DNA of 64,000 bases from a virus: the IMG/VR virus record IMGVR_UViG_3300029554_000001. One strand, given 5' to 3'. Every line of letters starts with the position of its first letter. Positions within the stretch are counted from its first letter, which is position 1. The notes under the pieces are model-generated. The model saw only the letters and a program-made list of their open reading frames with translations. It was not told the origin of the DNA and made no database searches. A program made the position numbers and the translations under genes. Positions 54,015 to 64,000 of the stretch are shown piece by piece.

Positions 54015-54710
54015 ATTATAGCACCAAGAAAAAATAGAAAATGTAGTGTTTGTGGCAAAATGTTCCCTTTTGAAGAAATTATCACCGTAAATGGTAAAAA
54101 TTATTGTCCAGTTTGCGGCAAATAGCCTGCCCATGATGCTAAAGATTACAGACTTTTAACAGATTATCTTTGGGATAACTTGGGTATGAGAGAGTGGGTT
54201 AACGCTTCTCTTGTAACCACTTATATAAAAAAGATAAAAGAAAAATATGGTTTGACTAATTCTCAAATTCTTTATACTTTATATTATATGTACGAGTATG
54301 CTGATAATCCAGCTCCTCCCATAAAGACAGAATCAGACATCTTCATGGTTGTACGTTATTTTGCTGAATCCAGAGATTTTTGGCAAAAATATAAAGAAAT
54401 GAAGATGACTAAAACTGAATTAATTGAATATGTTTTAACAAAACAGCCTGTTGCAATAGATGTAGCTCGTTCTGAAATTATTAAAAAGCAGGAAGAAGAA
54501 GAGGAAAGACGTAATAAACGCAATCACAAGGAAGAAATTTCTGCTGAAGATATTATTGATGATGGAATAGTAAACACAGATTTTATAGGAGATTATAATT
54601 TTAGAAAAGATTTGCAAAAGCAAAAGGAAAAAGATAATATGTTTTTATCAGAATTACAAAGAGATGTTCAAGAAATAATGGCTGAACATCCCGAAGAATG
54701 GGAGGCTTAA
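54015..54710 (+). CDS. zinc-ribbon replication-module protein (non-ATG start)
   Basis: Frame of ORF 54180 is open back to 53994. AAAGGAG SD at 54003-54009. Only ATT 54015, ATA 54018 or GTG 54009 are available upstream of the CSVCG..CPVCG ribbon. One TAG. Start assignment is uncertain. Confidence 0.45.
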
Positions 54711-54711
54711 C

Positions 54712-56526
54712 TTGGCGGATTATAGAGATTATCAAAGCAAATCTGCAATTAAAGAAGTTCTTGGCTGTTTACTGTAGAATCCAACTTTATTAACAAGTAA
54801 TAAAATCGACAAAAAAGATTTTGTTGAAGCTTTCCATCAACTTTTATTTGTAGCGATAAACAATCTTTTTTCTCAGGGTGCGGTAAAACTTGACCAATAT
54901 ATTATTGATGACTACTTAAAGAATAATCTTCAATCTCTGTATAATATTTATACAAGGAATAATGGCAATCTTTATGTTGAAAAGGCTAAAGAATTAGCTA
55001 CACCAGAAAACTTTAATACTAATTATCAGGAGATGAAAAAGTTTTCTCTCCTTCGTGCTTATCTCAAGTCAGGTATCGAAGTTGATGAAATTTACAATCC
55101 TGATGAAGAAGACCCTGAAATTGCAGATGAACAAAGATATCAATTTAGTCAAATGACTATTGATGATATACTTAATTATTTTAGGCAAAAAGTATCTAAT
55201 ATTACTCAAGAATACAGCCCCAAAGTTGGGCGTGATAGTGTTAAAGCTGGTAGTGATGAAGCTCGAAAGCAAAAAGAAGAATGGAAGAAAACTCCCGCTT
55301 ATGGTTTATCTTACGCAAGTAATTATATGACTACCGTAACAAGAGGTATGCAACCACGAAGATTTACTGTTTGTTCTGCACGGACAGGTTTAGGAAAAAC
55401 GAGAGTTACTATTGCCAATCTTTGTCATTCTTTTACCCCTAAATATTGGGATTCTAATGTTGGAGAATTCGTAAAAAATCCAAATGGTACTCAAAATGCT
55501 GCTCTTTATATTGGAACAGAAATGGAGCTTATTACAGAGATTGAGCCTATTTTATGGGCCTATATTGCAGATGTTCCTCAGCAACATATTATGACTGGTA
55601 AGTATGTTGGGGATGAAGAAGAAAGAGTTGATGAAGCTATTAGAATTCTTCATGAAGAGGGACATATTTATCTTGAATATGTACCTGACTATGATATCGG
55701 AACTTTAGAGAATGTTATTGAACAACACGTTCTTCAACATGGAATAACTCATGTTTTTTTTGATTATATTCATGTAACAACTGATTTGATTAGTGAGTTC
55801 CAAGCTAATGCCAAAGCAAGAATGCAAATTCGTGAAGACCAAGTTCTTGCAAATTTAAGTTTGAAATTAAAAGACCTTACTCGAAAATACGATATTTGCA
55901 TTGATACTTGGACACAGGTTACGGGGGATTTTAAGAACGAGCAAAATCGTGACCAAACAATTGTGCGTGGTGCTAAAGCCATCATTGATAAAGCTGACCA
56001 TGGAGCAATTTTGTCAGAGGTTACGAAGAAAGAAGAAAAATATTTAGAGAAAATTTTGAGAAGTAAATTCTTAAAATATAAGCCTAATAGATGTTTATCA
56101 GTTTATAAAAATCGTGGTGGAGAATACAATAAAGTTAAAATTTGGTTGTATATTGAATATTCTACAATGCGAGTTCATGATTTGTTTTGTACTGATTATG
56201 ACTATGAACTTTTAGATATTCCTCAAACATTTACTCGTGTTGAAGAAGACCAAAAGGTTCAATTCTTTAACAATAAAGACTTCTTACGAAGTCAAATGAT
56301 TAACGATGCAGTTGATATTGCTCAAACTGCCAAGGAAGAAGGAACTTTTGATGTTTTTGAAGATACGGAAGAAGTAACAAAAAAAATTAAAGAAGCTCTT
56401 GAAAATGAAGAGGACCCATTCTTAGAATCTCCTGAAAACAGGAAATTTAGAATGGTAGAAGATGATGAAGATGATGAAGAAGAAAAGAAAGCTTTATCAA
56501 AAGAGGAAGAAGAAATAGATTATTAA
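54712..56526 (+). CDS. dnaB: DnaB-like replicative helicase
   Basis: GGGAGG SD 8 nt before TTG 54712. In frame with ORF 55033 through TAG 54775-54777. Walker A-like ARTGLGKT and a RecA-fold C-terminal domain with an acidic tail. Confidence 0.7.
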
Positions 56527-56538
56527 TAGAGGTTGTTT

Positions 56539-57735
56539 ATGATAGATAAAGATGAACTGTTGAAGTTGGTAACAGAAAATGTGGTTATTAACATCATGGA
56601 AGAAAATGGTTCTCCTTTATATTCAACTTCTACAGATGGAAGAACACAACAAAAATGTCTTTGGTTTAAAACAATTTGTCATGGTGGAGATAGTCATAAA
56701 CTATGTTTCTTTACTGAAAGCAAAGATTTTTTTTGTTATACAAATTGTGGACGAATGAATTTTTTTGAGTTTATTAAAAGAATTCGTAATGCTAAAGAAG
56801 GAGAATTTTATAGCAAGGTAATTGTTTATATTGCTAAAAAAGTTGGTAAATCATTATCTCGAAGTCGTATTGGTTTTGGAAACGATATTTCACCAGAGTT
56901 GCGTGGACAATTATCTGAAATGGTAAAACAATCAGAAGATATTGAAAGAAGACAACAATTTTATGAAGCTAAAATTACGAAGTTTTATGATGACTATAAA
57001 TGTCTTTTTAATTATTTTGATTGTAATACTTTTTATAAAGGTTGGATTGATGAAGGAATTAGTATTTCTTCTATGGAAAAATTTGGTATTGAATGGTATG
57101 AATATCAAAAATATATAATTATTCCTCATTATAATATAGATGGTCATTTAGTTGGTATTAGACGAAGAAGTTTACAACCAGAAGATTCTAAAAGAAAATA
57201 TATGCCTTTGTTTATGACTGGTAAAGAATTTGACCATCCTCTTGGATTGAATTTATATGGTCTTTACGAGAATAAAGAAAATATAAAAAGATTTAAGAAA
57301 GCGGTTATAGTTGAGGGTGAGAAAAGTGTTTTAAAAGCAGACACTTATTTTAATGGTAAAAGTTGCGTAGTGGCAACTTGTGGCTTTAATGTTTCAGATT
57401 GGCAAATTAGGGCTTTAGAAAAACTTAGAGTAAATACAGTTTATTTAGGTTTTGATAAAGACTTTGATGATAAATATGAAGAAGTATATAAAGCTGACAA
57501 ATTGTTATATGATAACTATTTAAGGTATAATGAACGATTAAGGACTTTAGCTCAGAGACTTGCTTTAAGCTTTAATGTCTTTCTTATTAAGGACACCAAA
57601 GGATTGTTAGATATCAAAGATTCACCTCTTGATAAAGGAAAAGATGTTTACAATCAATTAATAAAATTAGCAAAACCTGTTTATTCTTACGGGGAAAGGC
57701 AAAGTTCTACGAGTATATTTTTAAGAGGTAATTAA
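56539..57735 (+). CDS. dnaG: DnaG-type primase (zinc finger + TOPRIM)
   Basis: GAGG SD 6 nt before ATG 56539. CHC2-like finger (C..H....C-23 aa-C..C), TOPRIM VIVEGEKS and GFDKD. No TAG. Confidence 0.7.
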   Translation: MIDKDELLKLVTENVVINIMEENGSPLYSTSTDGRTQQKCLWFKTICHGGDSHKLCFFTESKDFFCYTNCGRMNFFEFIKRIRNAKEGEFYSKVIVYIAKKVGKSLSRSRIGFGNDISPELRGQLSEMVKQSEDIERRQQFYEAKITKFYDDYKCLFNYFDCNTFYKGWIDEGISISSMEKFGIEWYEYQKYIIIPHYNIDGHLVGIRRRSLQPEDSKRKYMPLFMTGKEFDHPLGLNLYGLYENKENIKRFKKAVIVEGEKSVLKADTYFNGKSCVVATCGFNVSDWQIRALEKLRVNTVYLGFDKDFDDKYEEVYKADKLLYDNYLRYNERLRTLAQRLALSFNVFLIKDTKGLLDIKDSPLDKGKDVYNQLIKLAKPVYSYGERQSSTSIFLRGN

Positions 57736-59774
57736 TGGAAAAATTACTATGGGAGACAAAGTTTTAGAATAACTTTGATGATGAATATGATTTTCTTGAA
57801 ACTATTTTAAAAAGCTATGATATTTAGGATGTAAAGAGTTTTCTTCATCCTGTAAAAAACAAGGTCGTTAATGACCCCTTCCAAATGAAAAACATGGATA
57901 AAGCTGTATAGATTTTTCATGATAATATTAATACTGATAAGAAAATTGCAATTAAAGTGGACCCAGATACGGATGGCTTGACAAGTAGTGTTTTAATGAG
58001 TAAAATTATTAAATATTTTAATCCAGAGGCAAAGATAGAATATATTTTTAGTTTTAATAAAGAGCACGGACTAACCTATAAAGCATTAAGCGAATATTCA
58101 AAAGATGAAATCGGTTTAATTATTATTCCAGATGCTTCAATGATTTGCAAAGATGCAATTCAAATTATTAAAAATTACAATTGTCCTATCATTGTATTAG
58201 ACCACCACTTAGTTGAAATTGAATATTTAGACACTAATACAGGTAAATGGATTTCAAAAAATGAAGCAGACGAGATTAAAGAAAAAGAGTCTGACAGAAT
58301 TAAAGAGGATAGTTATGTTAATTATTGTGTAGCTGTAAATGATACTGATGGACACTATCCCAATCCTACTTTATCTGGTGTTGGTGTAGTTCGCAAATTT
58401 GGCGAAGCTTATTGTGAAAAGTATCACTGTAGTGATAGTTGGCTTGATGAATATCTTGATTTAGTTTCTCTTGGTATTATTGCAGATAGTATGGATTTAA
58501 GAGATTTAGAAACAAGATGGTATGTACTTGAGGGTTTAAAGGTTGAAAATCAAAAGAATGATTTTCTTAATGAACTTCAAGAAAGAATGGCTGATGAAAT
58601 TCATTTTGGTAGAACTATTACAAATGTCGGTTGGGTACTTGCTCCAAGAATTAATGGTGTAGTACGTTATGGTACAGAAAAAGAGCAAAGAGATTTATTT
58701 AGAGCTATGGTTGGGGAACAAGAAACTGTTATTTATCAACCGAGAAGAAAAAAAGCTACCGACCCGAAACCTCTTCCAGAAGAACACACACTTCAGTGGG
58801 AGATGGCGAGAGTAGCTAACAATGTAAAGTCTCGTCAAGATACAGCCGTTCGTAAATTTATGGAGCAAATTGTTGATAAAATTGACAAACAGGGACTAGA
58901 TAAAAATACTATTTTATTTGTCGATTGTACCGACATAGTTGATAAAAAATCTGTTACTGGATTAGTAGCTAATAAGATTGCTTCGAAATATTTGCGTCCA
59001 GTGGTGCTTCTTAAGGAAAGGAGTGCCTCAGAATTCGGTGGCTCCTGTCGCGGATATGATAAAGGAAATATTAAAAACTTGAAGGAGTTTTTAGAGCAAA
59101 CTGGACTTATAAGTTGTGCTGGACATGAAAATGCTGCTGGTGTATTTCTTAAAAAGAAAAATGTTGATGAAGTAATTGAAAAGTGTAACGAAATGCTTCC
59201 TCTTGACCAACTTAAAACTATTTATCCAGTTGATTGGGAAATTCCCGCTAATGAAATGCAAATAAGATTTGTAAAAGAAGTAGCTGAAAATTATGAAGTG
59301 TGGGGTAATACTGTTCCTACTCCTACTTTTGCAATTACAAATCTTCATATAAATGCCAGTCAAATTAATGGCTATGGCGAAACTAAGAGTTTTATTAGAT
59401 TTCAGCATAACGGTATTACTTATATTAAAAAGTATTGTCCTGCTACAGAATTTGATATGATGACTCTTAAGGATAGACATACCTTTGGCGTTAACAAAAA
59501 GAATTTGGTAATGAATTTAATTTGCCAATTCCAGTTAGAGTCTTGGGAAGATAAGATTTATCCAGAAGTTAAAATTTTATATTATGATGTTATGGAGGAT
59601 AAAACAAATGAGACTTCTGATTTAAAAAGTAAGACCAAATCTGACGCTATTCTTAATTCTAAAACGACTTCCTTAAATGCAAAATCTACTACAGATTTTG
59701 ATTGGGGTGAAATTGAAAAGCCTAAGAAGAAAAGAGTAATGTTAGATAAAGATTTAGAAGATTTGGATTTTTAA
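57735..59774 (+). CDS. DHH-family phosphoesterase, RecJ-like exonuclease candidate
   Basis: ATG overlaps the primase stop (TAATG). In frame with ORF 57957 through 3 TAG. Motifs VDPDTDG, IIPDAS, VLDHH and GHENAAG. Confidence 0.65.
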
Positions 59775-59776
59775 GG

Positions 59777-59805
59777 TTGACAAATTAAAAGTAACATGAT
59801 ATAAT
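59777..59805 (+). promoter_or_regulatory. consensus sigma70 promoter
   Basis: TTGACA (59777-59782), 17-nt spacer, TATAAT (59800-59805). 10-bp leader hairpin CCTTGATGGA/TCCATCAAGG at 59817-59842. Confidence 0.65.
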
Positions 59806-59883
59806 GAGATAAGAAACCTTGATGGATTAATTTCCATCAAGGGCTATCTCATATAAAACAAATAAAAAGAAAGCGGGTGTGTT

Positions 59884-61506
59884 ATGGTTTTTTATAAGCC
59901 TGTTACAAATGAATAGGCATCAAAAATAGCAAAAGAATTAAAATTCTTTTCTACGCATAACCATACAGAAGTAAGCAATTTCAGATTGCGAGATTGCATA
60001 ATAAAAATACCCGACCTTATTAATCGTTCTATTGAATTAGGATATAATGGAGTGTGTTGTACAGACCACGAAGCTTTATCTGCTCATGTGCGATTTATTA
60101 GGCGTTACAAAGAAATTAAAGAAAATAAAGAAAAATATGACAAATTAAAAGTAGACAAAACAGAAGAAGAAATAGAATTAGAACTAAATAAAGATGAAAA
60201 TAAATCAATTAAAAAGAATTTAAAATATTATAAGAATTTTGATGGATTTAAAATTGGTTTAGGAAATGAAATTTATTTAGTAGATAGACCTATCGAAGAT
60301 GAAAAAATTAGCAAGTTTTTTCACTTTATTTTAATTGCAAAAGATAAAAAGGGTTATGAACAAATAAAAAGAATTTCTTCTGATAGCGCTTGGAAAAATT
60401 GGTATCGTTCTGGAATAATGGAAAGAGTTCCGACTTATAAAGATGAACTTGAGTCTATTATTGGGGATGAAAAAGGTCATATTATAGCACAATCTGCGTG
60501 TTTAGGTTCAGAATTGGATAATTTAATTCTTGAATATTTAAATACGAACGATAAAAGTATTAAACAAAAAATTGACGCTTTTATTAAATGGTGTATAAAA
60601 ATATTCGGAAAAGAAAATTTTTATTTGGAAATTCAACCTTGTGTAATTAAACAAGACAAAGATGGAAACAATTTACCACATGAACAAGCAATGGTAAATC
60701 AATTTATGTTTGTTTTAAGTAAAGCTTATGGATTGAAAGTCATTTGTAGTACTGATAGCCATTATTTAACAAAAAATGATGCAAAAATTCATGAGGCATA
60801 TTTAAAAGCAGATGACAATGAAAAATCTCGTAACAGAGAAGTGGCTAGTTTTTATGAAACGACTTATATGTTTTCTATAAGTGAACTAGTAGAAACGCTG
60901 TCATATCATTTAACAATTGACCAAATTAAAGAAGCTTTAATAAATACTCAACGTATTTATGATAGTATTGAAGTCTTTGATTTATATCACTCCACTATTG
61001 TTCCTACTGATAAAAAGATTCCTCCATTTAAGGTAAAGCATATTTTTAAAGATTGGTATGATAAATATGAATATTTAAAAAAGTATGCCGAATCTGAGGA
61101 TAAACAAGACCAGTATTTGCTTTATTTGGTAGAACAAGGGTTTGAAAAGAAAAAACAATGGGGAGATTCCTCTTATCATTTTGCCACTTATGATGAAAAT
61201 GGTAAAATTATAGAAGAACATGATAAAATAGTAACTCAAGAAGAAAAAATTGCTCGTATTAATGAAGAGTTTAGTAGCTTTTGGCAAATTTCTGAGCGTT
61301 TAAATCAAAAATTATCTGCATATTATGTACTTGTTAGAGGATTGGTACATGAAGTTATGTGGAAAGTTTCTTTTGTTGGTGTTGCGCGTGGTTCAGCAGG
61401 GGGTAGTTATATTTGCTATCTTTCTGAAATTACTCAAATTAATCCTCTAAAATATGACTTGCCTTTCTGGAGACATAGTTCTCCTTTAAGACCAGAGTTG
61501 CCAGAT
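59884..61506 (+). CDS. dnaE: DNA polymerase III alpha-type replicase (PHP domain), exon 1
   Basis: ATG 59884 is in frame with ORF 59986 through TAG 59914-59916. PHP motif HNHTEVSNFRLRD..CCTDHE. Exon ends at ..FWRHSSPLRPELPD, the first half of the conserved PD-x-D-x-D palm motif. Confidence 0.75.
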
Positions 61507-62209
61507 TAAATTATTCTAACATTTATTTAAATATTTTAATGAAAGGGGGAATTATGAGCGTAGAAATAATAAAAGAAAAAGGAAAATATATTTTTAATCA
61601 AGAAGCTATTGATTGTGTTGTTAAAAAGTATCAAGAACATAAAGGGTCTGTTACAATATAGAAAGAATTAAAAACAGAGTATAATATAGATGTTAGTATT
61701 CATGGTATTTATTTAATTTTACATAATAGAGTAGAAATTAGAGATGACCGTGAATAGGCTTTAAAATATACTTGCGATGATAATTTCTTTAAAGAAATAG
61801 ATACAGAAGAAAAAGCTTATTGGTTATAAATAGGTTTTAAGATTAGTAACTTTACTTTATAAAGACGCTACTATTTATTTGGATAGAAAATATGAAAAAT
61901 ATTTAAAAATGTTAGAAATTAGTCGAGAACAGCAGTAATGTTGTTTGTTAAGTCCTGTAAACCTAAATTGCAATAGGGTGTGCAGAAATGTGCTAACGGT
62001 GAAAGCCTACAGTTAAAATAACCATGGTAATACCGTGCCAAGCTTATATGTAAATATATGAAGGTGTAACGACTAGCCCAAAGGGGCGTAGGGTGGAGAA
62101 GCTGCCACTCGAAAGACGGATACCCTAATAGTTCGGCTAAGGGTAAAAAGATAGTCTACTCCGACTCTGAATAGAGTGTTAAAGTATTAGGAAACTAACG
62201 GTAGTAAGG
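61507..62209 (+). mobile_element. group I intron E (polymerase gene) with a decayed endonuclease ORF
   Basis: A stop (TAA) follows exon 1 immediately. P2 AACAGCA-GTAA-TGTTGTT at 61928-61945. Core blocks are related to introns A-C (GGTAATACCGTGCCAAG; P7 GACTAG / GATAGTC). Terminal G 62209 gives PELPD|IDVDS in frame. P1 is only about 3 bp in this model, so the junctions are the least certain of the five. Confidence 0.55.
61554..61938 (+). pseudogene. LAGLIDADG homing-endonuclease remnant
   Basis: GGGGG SD and ATG 61554. The 91-codon N-terminal piece ends at ..FFKEIDTEEKAYWL-stop, exactly where the first LAGLIDADG motif should start (compare HYFDKIDSEDKAYFLGLLFADG at 18695-19501). A C-terminal tail, LLYKDATIYLDRKYEKYLKMLEI, survives in another frame (61849-61938). 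Confidence 0.55.
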
Positions 62210-64000
62210 ATTGATGTAGATAGTGAGGCTTTAAAACGACCACTTATTTTCCAAAATATGCATGATTATTATGGAGATGAGAATGTTTTAAATACTCTTA
62301 CTTTAAAAACAGAGGGAACAAAATCTACAATTTTAGTGTGTGCTAAAGGGTTTGGAATAAATAATGATGATGCACAACATTTGGCAGATTTGGTTCCTTT
62401 TGAAAGAGGTTCAAACTGGTCATTAAAAGATTGTTTTTACGGGAATGAAGAAAATGGTAGAATGCCTGTAAAAGAATTTATTAATGAAGTAAATAAGTAC
62501 GAAGGGTTGAAAGATACTCTTTTTAAGATTGAAGGACTTATTTGTGGTAGGTCTATTCATGCTTCGGCATCTTATATTTTTGATGCTGGATATATTGTTC
62601 AAAATAGCAAAATGAGAGCGCCGAATGGTACAACTATCACTGCCTATAATATGGAAGATTCAGATTATATGGGTGGTTTGAAGATAGACACTTTGACTAT
62701 TGAAATGCTAGATAAGTTACATACAGCAATAGATTTGCTAATTGAAGCAAAAATAATTGAAGATAAAGGAAGTTATAAAGCTAATTATGATACTTATCTT
62801 CATCCTGATGTGCTTGATTATAATGATTATAAAATGTGGAATTTGTTAGACAAAAACCAAATTTTAGATGCATTTCAATTTGATAGTGCAATGGGACAAC
62901 AAGTTATTACAAAAACTCAACCTCGTTCTATGTTAGAACTTTCTACAGCTAATAGCTTAATGAGACTTATGGCGCAAGAAGGTGCAACAGAAGCCCCTAT
63001 GGATACTTATCGTCGTTATAAAAATAATATTCAATTATGGTATAACGAAATGAAAGAAAATAAATTATCCAACCATGAGCAAGAAATTATGAAGAAACAT
63101 TTAGGTAAACTTTATGGGGTTGCTGATACTCAGGAAAGTATTATGGAAATGAGTATGGACCCTGAAATAAGCGGGTTTGATGTAGTTCTTGCGAATAAGC
63201 TTAGAAAATCGGTGGCCAAAAAAAAGAAAGATTTGATTGCTGCTGTTCATGAAAAATTTTACAAAAAGGGCGCAGAATTAGGCACTTCAAAAGAACTGCT
63301 TAATTATGTTTGGGATGTACAAATTAAAAGACAGCTCGGATATTCTTTTTCAAAAAACCATTGTATGCCCTATACAGCCATTTGTCTTCAGTGTATGAAC
63401 ATTGTACAAAAATATGGGGCGTTATATTGGAATTGCGCTTGTTTAATTGTTAATAGTGGAAGTACAGATGAAGAAAATGTTGATAACAATAGTGGCGTTA
63501 ACTACGGTAGAATTGCTAAAGCTATGGGCAATATGATTAATGCTGGCATTAAAATTTCTTTACCTGATATTAATCGTGCTCGTTTTGGTTTTTACCCTGA
63601 CAAAGACAGCAATGAAATTATTTATGGCTTAAGACCTATTCAGGGATTAGGAGGGAAAATAGCTAAAGCAATCGTAGATAACAGACCTTATGCCTCAGTT
63701 GAAGATTTTTATTCTAAAATGCAAGAATTTAAAGAGTCTGCAAAAGAGAATAAGTTTGGCGATACGGCTATGATTTCTCTTATCAAAGCGCGGTGTTTTG
63801 ATAATCTTGAGAAAAAAGATAGAAGAGCAATTATGGAAGGCTTTATTAGGATTATTTCAAGTCCTGTTAAGTCTCTTAGTATGCCAAATATAGAAGATTT
63901 GGCAAATCTTGATTTATTAACTGAAAATCAAAAAAAGTTTGAATTAAGATTATATAGATTTAGAAACTATGTTTTCCAGAAAAAATTCTTTTATAAACAA
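62210..64000 (+). CDS. dnaE: DNA polymerase III alpha-type replicase, exon 2 (runs off the window)
   Basis: Open frame from 62210 to the window end with no TAG. Pol III alpha motifs: IDVD, SIHASA, GGLKIDTLTI, LDAFQFDS. Confidence 0.75.
   Translation, partial: MDVDSEALKRPLIFQNMHDYYGDENVLNTLTLKTEGTKSTILVCAKGFGINNDDAQHLADLVPFERGSNWSLKDCFYGNEENGRMPVKEFINEVNKYEGLKDTLFKIEGLICGRSIHASASYIFDAGYIVQNSKMRAPNGTTITAYNMEDSDYMGGLKIDTLTIEMLDKLHTAIDLLIEAKIIEDKGSYKANYDTYLHPDVLDYNDYKMWNLLDKNQILDAFQFDSAMGQQVITKTQPRSMLELSTANSLMRLMAQEGATEAPMDTYRRYKNNIQLWYNEMKENKLSNHEQEIMKKHLGKLYGVADTQESIMEMSMDPEISGFDVVLANKLRKSVAKKKKDLIAAVHEKFYKKGAELGTSKELLNYVWDVQIKRQLGYSFSKNHCMPYTAICLQCMNIVQKYGALYWNCACLIVNSGSTDEENVDNNSGVNYGRIAKAMGNMINAGIKISLPDINRARFGFYPDKDSNEIIYGLRPIQGLGGKIAKAIVDNRPYASVEDFYSKMQEFKESAKENKFGDTAMISLIKARCFDNLEKKDRRAIMEGFIRIISSPVKSLSMPNIEDLANLDLLTENQKKFELRLYRFRNYVFQKKFFYKQ

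Noticed and set aside
1-64000. Reading TAG as a normal stop, which gives dozens of short adjacent same-frame ORFs
   Set aside because: Fragments share frames, lack their own ribosome-binding sites or starts, and split recognisable domains. Merged genes end cleanly at TAA/TGA.

Overview
AT-rich tailed-phage (siphovirus-like) genome segment, almost entirely on the + strand. It only makes sense if TAG is read as a sense codon (code-15-like), with TAA and TGA as the stops. By hand count about 130 in-frame TAGs join the fragmented ORF track into full-length genes. Strong AGGAGG ribosome-binding sites, consensus sigma70/sigmaA promoters and an amidase+SH3 endolysin suggest a Gram-positive host; this is inference. 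Layout, in order: two minus-strand tail-fibre-like paralogs (1-832); a lysis cassette; a minus-strand serine recombinase; a head module (portal, scaffold-like protein, abundant capsid-associated protein, major capsid); connector and tail genes; the major tail protein. A promoter-to-integrase block of DNA-metabolism genes then splits the tail module. It holds an MBL nuclease, a ~460-nt hairpin-dense non-coding region, a GIY-YIG endonuclease, ClpP, a metallophosphoesterase, RecU and a tyrosine recombinase. After it come a ~4,310-codon tape-measure ORF, distal-tail/baseplate genes, and a replication module (SSB, Sak4-like ATPase, DnaB, primase, DHH/RecJ-like protein, PHP-DnaE polymerase running off the window). 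Five group I introns interrupt the portal, major capsid, major tail, tape-measure and DnaE genes. Three of them are clearly homologous and show compensatory P1/P2 changes. There are also three free-standing homing-endonuclease-type genes. No tRNA, rRNA, CRISPR array, suppressor tRNA or release-factor gene was seen. All coordinates and splice junctions were worked out by hand from the sequence and need computational or experimental confirmation.
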